A DNA stretch of 64,000 nt from positions 3,038,001 through 3,102,000 of the forward strand of contig JBHGNT010000017.1 in the NCBI GenBank assembly GCA_043228905.1, in the 5' to 3' direction. Below the pieces are notes generated by a model. That model saw only the letters and a list, made by a program, of their open reading frames with translations, searched no databases and had not been told where the DNA came from. The position numbers and the translations under genes were made by a program. Each line of letters starts with the position of its first letter. The stretch's first letter is position 1. The DNA comes from Azolla caroliniana (lineage: Eukaryota; Plantae; Polypodiophyta). This document shows, one piece after another, positions 27,890 through 37,622 of this stretch.

Positions 27890-28401
27890 CGTGGTGTCTA
27901 ACGCTCGTGACTAACTGCTACCAAATATTAAAGAGGGCAAGTGAGGGAATCGCGGAGACGGTGCAGGTCACATCGCTGATGGCGCGTTCGATCTCCACCA
28001 TCCAAGATGGATAAAAAGCTGACAACGTCTGTCAGAAAGAGCCCGACTCTGCGAAAAGGAGCCCGACTCTGCCACAGGGAGCCCGACTCTGTCAAAAAGG
28101 AGCCCCGCTGTCAGACAGCCTATGCAAGAGGGAGCCCGACTCTGTCAGAAGGAGCCCCGCTGTCAGATCACATCAGTAAGAAGGAGCCCGACTCTGTCAA
28201 AAGGAGCCCGACTCTGTAGCAACAAACATCAAAAACTCCACAAAATTGTAAGTGTACAACAAATATTTTCCCATGGTCAACCAATGGCAATCTCCTCCTA
28301 GCCCGACTAGCACCTCTTTGTAATTTTCCGGAGTGGGATTTGGAAGTGTTTGGGGAGCTGCCAATAAGTTCTTGCGAGATGTCTATTGTTGCACGAGATG
28401 T

Positions 28402-29266
28402 CTATTGTTGCTGCCAATAAGTTCTTGCGAGATGTCTATTTTCGACATACCTTTCCAATATTCTCTCTGCTTCTTTAAGTCGAGACCTTTGATCCCTACA
28501 ATTCGCACGAGGTGCAAACCGACCACTCTCACATATTTCTTGTCGTTGCTTGTACCACTCTATTACCGTTCCTCCTATGCAAGTGCCAGTTTCACTGTCC
28601 CCGATTAAGACATGTAGAAGGTCGGTAATTGATCGGTTTATTCTTCCCCTCAAGGCAGTATACTTGATAAACTGCCAATGTCTTTCCACAATATTGGTAG
28701 TGTCAACATGTCCATAGTTGAACATTCTACCAAACTTGGGCCAGAGTTTCCTCCACACACATGTCAAACCACAAATGTGTTTGGGACCGTTGCCCATTTA
28801 CAACAATCCAAGATTGACGGTCTGTTGCAACCACATTAGTTATGGCATTATATGACGTCCAACATTTATCGATCACTATCGCATTTGGCCTCACCGTGGG
28901 CATCCTTGCGAATATGACTCTCAAACAAGTTTCTAATGCCACTTGCTCATGGTTTGACCCCTTATCAGAACTACAAAGCATGTACCATAATGGGATCCCA
29001 ATTCCCATGGCATTGGGGGCAACTGCGGCATATAATGGTAGCCCAAATTGGTTTGTTTTAAATGTCGAGTCGATTGCCCAAGAGTTGTTTAGGGTCAACC
29101 GCTCACACATTTCCAACATCCATTGATCTTGAAGTATCAAGATAAATGGTTGTATGGCGGGAGATCCTGGTTCACCATGCAGGTAGGGTTGAACATGTGC
29201 CACTTTCCCAAGATCTCGGAGTGCATAGGCATGATGCAAGATCAAAGCCCAATCAACCTTAGTCAT
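28402..29266 (-). pseudogene. MULE DDE transposase remnant (5'-truncated, internally deleted, frameshifted)
   Basis: WAIDSTFKTNQFGLPLY (first D), PNAIVIDK (second D) and, in another frame, VDTTNIVERHWQFIKY (E). The CxxH and insertion domain normally between them is missing. A local duplication at 28357-28440 disrupts the 3' end. Confidence 0.85.
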
Positions 29267-29296
29267 GGCACTCCCGATTTTTAACCTTAGTCATAA

Positions 29297-29490
29297 GATT
29301 GACATTGAGTCTTATTATGTCTTTGAAATGGATTGACATTGAGTCTTATTTATGTCTTTGAAATGGATTGACATTGAGTCTTATTTATGTCTTTGAAATG
29401 GAATGACATTGAGTCTTATTATGTCTTATTATGTCTTTGAATTGGATTGACATTGAGTCTTATTATGTCTTTGAAATGGATTGACATTAT
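29297..29490. repeat. Tandem array, ~35-bp unit GATTGACATTGAGTCTTATTATGTCTTTGAAATG x ~5.5
   Basis: Directly visible inside the MULE. Confidence 0.92.
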
Positions 29491-29634
29491 GTCTTACTAT
29501 GTATTCTTTACGTAAGGACCGAAGCACTCTTTCTATATACTTACTCTTTATTGGCCTTTCTCAAAAACCATTGCCTTCACTACTTGTCAATAAGCTATTA
29601 GTCTTATTCTTTTGACACCCAAAACAATTCCAAT

Positions 29635-29962
29635 ATACAACCAAAATGATTTTCATATACAACCAAAATGAGATTCATACACAACCAAAATGAGATTCAT
29701 ATACAACCAAAATGCGATTCAAAAATTGATTCATATTCAACCAAGATGAGATTCATATACAACCAAAATGAGATTCAAAAATTGATTCATATTCAACCAA
29801 GATGAGATTCATAGACAACCAAAATGATTTACATTGAGTCATATACAACCAAAATGATTTACATTGAGTCATCTACAACCAAAATGATTTACATTGAGTC
29901 ATCTACAACCAAAATGAGATTCATATACAACCAAAATGATTTACATTGAGTCATATACAACC
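29635..29962. repeat. Tandem array, 22-39-bp units built on ATACAACCAAAATGA x ~12
   Basis: Directly visible. The 30-bp variants include ACATTGAGTC, shared with the neighbouring array. Confidence 0.92.
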
Positions 29963-29984
29963 ATTGCAAAATGACTCCACGTAG

Positions 29985-32002
29985 TCATATGCCCAAAGTC
30001 CTTCGTGCCCATTTTGCCATGATTTTCCGAAGGAGCTCCACGTCTTCGAATCCAAACCATTGCTCCTTACCCTACAATTGAAGATGCCATCAACAAAAAC
30101 AAAAACAAATGCTCAAATTCAAATCTCATAAATACTTACAAATTGATCGGACTCAAATCCTTGAATCAACTCCTCGACCAACATGCGAATAGTTTGCATC
30201 ACGTAATACCCACAATCGGTCCCATTAGGTTGGGTTGGGATACGCAATTCATGGATTTGCCTGTTGTTGATGATGCAATGGTCATGTGTCCGACTCGAGA
30301 TATGTCGTATAGCCAAATCACCCAATGTCCGCACCCTGGTAGTCGGATAAATATTTAGTGGATCACAAAATATAATTGGGCTCCTCACCTTGGCATCGAG
30401 ACCCGTAGGAGTTTGTCGCATCTTCAACCAAAGCACCCAATGCCCTGCGTTCAATATTGGAATGAAGACATAATCCCTTTCAGGAACACGAGTGAGTACG
30501 TCTTTGACCTTACCGCCTTGGCCTTCTAGTTGTACCCATAGCAGATCCACAATATGAAACCGCTTGTTGATCTCGGGGGGCAGCGAGTACTCCATCCATA
30601 AATGGAAGAGGGTTATCATCCATGTGGATGCCATCTCCCCTACTGTGATCAACGAACATAGTTGTATCTCCGACAAGAAGACCGCTACATCCAGTCGTCG
30701 GCATGCCACCTGATACCTGTTTATTAGGCTAGATTAGTAACTACTAAACAAACATGATGTTAACTATTGATATCATGCCCCCAGCATAACAACATACCTG
30801 GTGAACTTATTTCTTGCAGAGTTATCCCATGTTTTCGAGATTGTCCCTGGACCAACAAAGACAATCCCAATGTCTGCATCCTCATCTGTGTCAGATGATG
30901 TAATGAACTCCGAATTACATGGGTCCACTTCTTTCCTGCGGATTTGGATTTTCGGCCTCCTTGCTTGTTGCATTGTCGATTCTGACAGTTGGTCTTGACC
31001 ACCATCGATCTCGACATGTGCCTCATCCTTTGGTATGGGAATTCCATGACTCTTACACTACAATTCATACATAAGATTCACACATAATCATAAGTTTTAA
31101 ACTCACATAAGATGCACACAAAATCATAAACCATACTTACATAATCTTTAGACGCATCCGCAATCTTCAACCTCACTTTTGCCATCCTATGCTCCTTTCC
31201 CTCGTCATACCTGGCCATTTGTTGGCTAACGAATTGAGCAATGAAATCAGCCTCCTTGCATGTTCGAAGTGAGTCCGGAGTGGCTTTGAAGATTTTTATT
31301 GCTCTTGTCCTCAACTTCCTCATGTGTGATTGGCGTGATCTATTATACTTGAGCTCCGGATCCAAAAAACGATTTATTGATCGTTGTCTTTCGACATCGC
31401 TGAAGAATGATGTGGCTGTACTCCTCATGGAAGTCGATTGCTCTTCTTCGTCTATCTTTAGCCCTCGAGGCAGTATTACATGGATGCCATGTGCCTTCTG
31501 TAAATGGGCCTCCATGTCCGCTTTTTTTCGAAACCATCTCCCCTCTTTTCTACACGAATCTCCCACAATACAGGTGCGACATTTGATACCTGTTGAGTCT
31601 CTTCCACACTTGAAGAGGGACATAGGGTCCACTACAACAATGGTGTCACATTTGCATTAGAAAAACCCAAAATATGCTTACATCAATAATGATTATAAGA
31701 ATGGACATAAACTCACCATTTACTTTGATATCTTCAACACCTGGACCCACGTCATGCATGGGGTTCGTATCCATGCTCGAGTCTTGAGTAATGATGTTTT
31801 CAGCCTCCGTATCATTGGATTTGGGGCACCTAACACCCTTTCTTACATAAACCCTAAACCAACATTCAAGTTAGCACACAAACATTATTATTTATACACA
31901 ATATAAAGTAGAGAAATGATTCATGCCATACTTCCCTTCATAGGGTATTGTTTCACCCCAATCTGCATCAAAGTCTATGAAGATCTTGGACCGACTAGCC
32001 AT
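29985..32002 (-). CDS. MULE-encoded spliced gene: C2H2-like zinc finger plus Ulp1/C48 SUMO-protease domain
   Basis: Start MASRSKIFIDFDADW (ATG 32002), CRTC...F...HLQKAH finger, protease motifs FIPILNAGHWVL, IIFCDPL and QPNGTDCGYYV (His-Asp-Cys triad plus oxyanion Gln). Last exon GKEQWFGFEDVELLRK...GI* (stop 29985-29987). Central splice junctions not all verified. Confidence 0.75.
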
Positions 32003-32179
32003 CTGTACAAAACATTTTTAGAAAGGCATTCATTACATTACTATTATTTAGGGAGAAAAAACGCAAAGAATGTATACAAGATTTTAGATTTGACATTCAA
32101 ATGTGGGCATAAAAAAGAGCCCAATAATGCATGAATCACATGGGCAAATTCAAGCATTCAAATGTTGGCAAAATCAAAG

Positions 32180-32930
32180 TCATACATGTATTCAATCATA
32201 CACAGCCCATGGGAGATCTTAAATGCACACATACATGTATTAAATCACAGCCTATAGAAGATCTTAAATACACACAAACATGTATTCAATCATACACATG
32301 CACACACATTCGCAGCCCATGGAAGATCTAAAATACACAAATACATGTATTCAATCATACACATGTATACACACACATTCTCAAATAAATGTATTCATCA
32401 TACAACAAACACACACATTCACAGCCCAATGGGAGATCTTAAATGCACACATACATGTATTCAACCATCACACACACAAATGTATTCAATCATACACACA
32501 CAGAAATGTATTCAATCATACACATGTATACACACACATTCCCAAATAAATGTATTCAATCATACAACAAACACACACATTCACAGCCCAAAGAAGATCT
32601 TAAGTACACACATACATGTATTCAACCATCACACACACAAATGTATTCAATCATACACACATACATGTATTCAATCATACACACACAGAAATGTATTCAA
32701 TCATACACATGTATACACGCACATTCCCAAATAAATGTATTCAATCATACAACAAACACACATTCACAGCCCAAAGAAGATCTTAAATACACACATACAT
32801 GTAACCCTAAACCCATCACACACATAAAAGTATTCAATCATACACACACATACATGTATTTAATCATACACATACACACACAAATATATTGAATCATACA
32901 CACATACATGTATTTAATCATACACACATT
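32180..32930. repeat. Complex minisatellite built on CATGTATTCAATCATACAC and CACAGCCCA...AGATCTTAA units (mirror copy at 33650-34400)
   Basis: Directly visible; the source of the spurious His/Thr-rich ORFs. Confidence 0.92.
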
Positions 32931-33051
32931 TATGGTACCTATTAGAAGCAACCCTAAACCTAATAGAAAGAATATGATACCTAATAAAAACCAAAACCTA
33001 ATAGAAGGAATATGATGCCTACCTCTGGACTGCAGGTGCATGCAGTGCGTC

Positions 33052-33151
33052 NNNNNNNNNNNNNNNNNNNNNNNNNNNNNNNNNNNNNNNNNNNNNNNNN
33101 NNNNNNNNNNNNNNNNNNNNNNNNNNNNNNNNNNNNNNNNNNNNNNNNNNN
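33052..33151. other. Assembly gap (100 N)
   Basis: Run of N. Confidence 1.
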
Positions 33152-33390
33152 ACACAAAGTGGAGCCCTTCTTTAATGAGTCGGGCTCCATTTTGTATGAG
33201 CCGGGCTCCCTTTTTACGTGCCGCGCTTTTTCGCGCCTATTCCACATCCATCTTGGACGGTGGAGATCGAACGCGCCATCAGCGGTGCGACCTGCACCGT
33301 CCCTCTCCGCGATTCCCTCATTAAAGAAGGGCTCCCTTGGAGCCCGACTCATTAAAGAATGGCTCCATTTTGTCAAAAGGGAGCCCTTCT
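33152..33390. repeat. Truncated right TIR of the MULE and fold-back junction
   Basis: 33247-33320 is an inverted copy of 27942-28011. It is followed by CTCATTAAAGAAGGGCTCC, the reverse complement of 33161-33179. Confidence 0.75.
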
Positions 33391-34919
33391 CATTCATGTT
33401 CAAGGAAGTATAAAAACCCATTTTCTGTCATTTTCTGTCATTTTCTGTCATTCGTGGGTTTGAGGGTTTAGGGTTTTTGAGCGAGGCGCACCACCTGTCT
33501 GCGAGCACTCGTTGCAAACATCTCCGGTGACGCACTGCATGCACCTGCAGTCCAGAGGTAGGCATCATATTCCTTCTATTAGGTTTTGGTTTTTATTAGG
33601 TATCATATTCTTTCTATTAGGTTTAGGGTTGCTTCTAATAGGTACCATAAATGTGTGTATGATTAAATACATGTATGTGTGTATGATTCAATATATTTGT
33701 GTGTGTATGTGTATGATTAAATACATGTATGTGTGTGTATGATTGAATACTTTTATGTGTGTGATGGGTTTAGGGTTACATGTATGTGTGTATTTAAGAT
33801 CTTCTTTGGGCTGTGAATGTGTGTTTGTTGTATGATTGAATACATTTATTTGGGAATGTGCGTGTATACATGTGTATGATTGAATACATTTCTGTGTGTG
33901 TATGATTGAATACATGTATGTGTGTATGATTGAATACATTTGTGTGTGTGATGGTTGAATACATGTATGTGTGTACTTAAGATCTTCTTTGGGCTGTGAA
34001 TGTGTGTGTTTGTTGTATGATTGAATACATTTATTTGGGAATGTGTGTGTATACATGTGTATGATTGAATACATTTCTGTGTGTGTATGATTGAATACAT
34101 TTGTGTGTGTGATGGTTGAATACATGTATGTGTGCATTTAAGATCTCCCATTGGGCTGTGAATGTGTGTGTTTGTTGTATGATGAATACATTTATTTGAG
34201 AATGTGTGTGTATACATGTGTATGATTGAATACATGTATTTGTGTATTTTAGATCTTCCATGGGCTGCGAATGTGTGTGCATGTGTATGATTGAATACAT
34301 GTTTGTGTGTATTTAAGATCTTCTATAGGCTGTGATTTAATACATGTATGTGTGCATTTAAGATCTCCCATGGGCTGTGTATGATTGAATACATGTATGA
34401 CTTTGATTTTGCCAACATTTGAATGCTTGAATTTGCCCATGTGATTCATGCATTATTGGGCTCTTTTTTATGCCCACATTTGAATGTCAAATCTAAAATC
34501 TTGTATACATTCTTTGCGTTTTTTCTCCCTAAATAATAGTAATGTAATGAATGCCTTTCTAAAAATGTTTTGTACAGATGGCTAGTCGGTCCAAGATCTT
34601 CATAGACTTTGATGCAGATTGGGGTGAAACAATACCCTATGAAGGGAAGTATGGCATGAATCATTTCTCTACTTTATATTGTGTATAAATAATAATGTTT
34701 GTGTGCTAACTTGAATGTTGGTTTAGGGTTTATGTAAGAAAGGGTGTTAGGTGCCCCAAATCCAATGATACGGAGGCTGAAAACATCATTACTCAAGACT
34801 CGAGCATGGATACGAACCCCATGCATGACGTGGGTCCAGGTGTTGAAGATATCAAAGTAAATGGTGAGTTTATGTCCATTCTTATAATCATTATTGATGT
34901 AAGCATATTTTGGGTTTTT

Positions 34920-37622
34920 CTAATGCAAATGTGACACCATTGTTGTAGTGGACCCTATGTCCCTCTTCAAGTGTGGAAGAGACTCAACAGGTATCAAATG
35001 TCGCACCTGTATTGTGGGAGATTCGTGTAGAAAAGAGGGGAGATGGTTTCGAAAAAAAGCGGACATGGAGGCCCATTTACAGAAGGCACATGGCATCCAT
35101 GTAATACTGCCTCGAGGGCTAAAGATAGACGAAGAAGAGCAATCGACTTCCATGAGGAGTACAGCCACATCATTCTTCAGCGATGTGAATTCTGATTCCG
35201 AGGTACCACATATCTCTATTAAGCGTATCTTGTCAACTTTCAGCTGTCAAAATTATCGGATGACAAGCAAATAATCCAGCACCTTATAAAATTTCTCTTC
35301 AACAAAATCTAAAAATAATTTGCAATAATAGCATCCATGCTTAATCATGAAGCTATTCCACTATTTTAAACTCATAACATCTCCACAGTTATGGTGATTT
35401 ACGATCTCAAACTTACACTTCAGATGGAGTGCAGAGGCCTCTAATTTTTTTCATCCTTCAGTGAATGTTTTGTTACCTTCCTTCAATGGGCTTTGAATAA
35501 AACACCATATTAATTTTTTATAGGATAATGTCCAGCTGAGGCCACACATCAACATCTCTCTGTTTTCAGGCTCTCATCTTCTATTAAAGAATATTTTGCA
35601 CAAACAACACAAACGTAATGTTTGCCATCTTCCAAAGGTTGAATTTAATCATTAAATGATGCAGTTGATTCATCAGCATGGCACGCAATTGACTGATACA
35701 TCTATAAATCCATCCTCTATAACTATATATCCCAAATCCAAATAAAAATGCAGTGATACCTTATTTCTTCCTATGAAGACATGAACACATAAAGAAAGTG
35801 CTACCCCTTTAAGCATACCTTATTCTTTTTGGCACAGAGAAAAAATGCAACAGCTGTGAACACAGGACGCCCAAAATCAGCATGCCCTTTGCGTGATTCT
35901 GGCAAAGCAGCTATAAACCTCTTTTTGTACCTTCAATCAAAAATCTATCCATGAGAAGCCAAGCATATATAAAGAGTTGGTTTTTATTCTGACCAAACAA
36001 CCAATACTGAAAAACATACTCCGCCAAAGTCTTATGAACAGAACCTATGAGTCTCACGCAGCCAAACTGAATGGCTAACTCCCGCACATTCAAATCTGGC
36101 CTGAAAAGATGCAATTGAAATTTACTCTATTATTTATATTGGATGCTTTAAAACGTTAAACTGTCCACTCATATATGAAAAACCAACCTTAAACCAAGAG
36201 CATTCTGCAGGTTTGTTAAAGATCTTATGTAAGCCTTTTCTGATAATCCACTTACTCGTACAGCTTTTTGTCGATCAAAATCAACATGCAACCTTACAAA
36301 AAACAATCAATAAGTACGAGAACCAAAGATCAATCCATCTTGTTCTTTCACCATTGCCAGAATATGATATTAGAAATGTGCACTAGTTGCTTATTCACAT
36401 CAATGTTATTCTTGCATCATGCAAGGGCTATAATCACAGCAGAATACAAGTAAAACCTGGTTGAGATGATGTAGAGGATACTGATGCATTACATTCATAG
36501 TGACCATGCCCCTCGTCCTTTATTTGAAATAGAGTAAATTACCTTAATTGAGTAGCAAAGGCCTCTCAAATTTGATTACCTTTTTGACAACTTGCTTTGT
36601 GTCATAAAGTTATCCTAAGCAGCAATATAAATTTTTATATTCTTCCAACATTACTTCCATCATATATTATCAGTTATATACTTCACTAATGATAAGCATT
36701 GCTTCCACTTTACGGGCCTAAGTTCCAATCAATCCACATAAATTATTTTGCAACATTGTAAGAGATGAGAAGTAAATAGCAATTAGAATCATCTATGGCG
36801 TTCATTAAGTTATTTGAAATCAGCAATTTCAAAGGTCATATGCTATCTTTTCCGATTTTTGGCAAACACAACTGCAGTATTCCTATAGACACGCCATAAT
36901 ACCATAGGGTTTCCAAAAAAATATCTTGCACGTTACAAGATATCATTAACTATCCGCAATATCTCAAAATTTCTATTTCACGTGTCTTTAGACCATTCTA
37001 AACGATAGCATAAAGCATGTTAGCGTGTTTAAATGGGAGATTTCATTGATAAGTCTGGGTGACTATATCTTATACCAAGCTTTAAGAATAATTCTAAACA
37101 ATACTATATAAGTCATTCCGGATTAATTATATAGAAAAGTATCACTATGTTAGGACCGCAGACACATTGATCGCCTTTTGGTCGTTTCTAAACGAAATCA
37201 TAAACCGTGTTGGCACGAAAGAATACACTGCATCATTAAGGTCAAGACTGAAAGCTACCTTTTATTCATATGTTTTGTCACTATACACAAAATCGTAAAT
37301 GTACGTTCATATGCGCAAATAGAAGCTTTATAAAGAAAAGCAAGAAAAATAGGTGTGTATGAAGACGAAAAACACTTACAGAGAACACGCGATCTCGAAA
37401 CATAAGACGGCCTTGCAGACCTCCCCCTTTGTGAAAGAAAAAACCAGAAATAGCAGAGTGAGATTTTAAAGATCGAGATGGATAAAGAAGAGAGACGCAA
37501 AAGATACTAACCAAACCAAAGGCAGATGAGTCGAACTGTAGTTTACTGAGGCGTTCGAGCTCCTGCGCTTTTCTGATCACGGCAGGAAATCCAGACATGC
37601 CGAGCCTGTCGCGCAAATCCAT
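34920..37622 (-). pseudogene. ORC6: Truncated ORC6 copy (exons 1-6, 173 aa) fused in frame to 86 codons of antisense MULE sequence
   Basis: ATG at 37622 with exons and splice sites preserved. Exon 6 reads LKVDKIRLIEICGTSESEFTS, then continues LKNDVAVLLMEVDC...SHLH* to the stop at 34920-34922. Confidence 0.8.

Larger units (their letters stand above)
31394..35186. repeat. Long inverted duplication: 31394-33051 mirrored by 33529-35186 (1658-bp arms) around a spacer containing the scaffold gap
   Basis: Mirrored ORFs have identical translations and coordinates summing to 66580 (for example 32443+34137 and 31632+34948). Confidence 0.95.

Noticed and set aside
29297-29962. CRISPR-like appearance of 22-36-bp repeats
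   Set aside because: Head-to-tail units without unique spacers, no cas genes, eukaryotic TE context.
28402-30709. Zisupton or CACTA assignment because of the Ulp1 domain
   Set aside because: The transposase motifs (DSTFKTN, IVID, TTNIVE) and long TIRs fit Mutator; there are no CACTA termini.
32131-34449. His/Thr-rich ORFs of 66-149 aa on both sides of the gap
   Set aside because: They are translations of the CATA/CACA minisatellite and occur in all frames.
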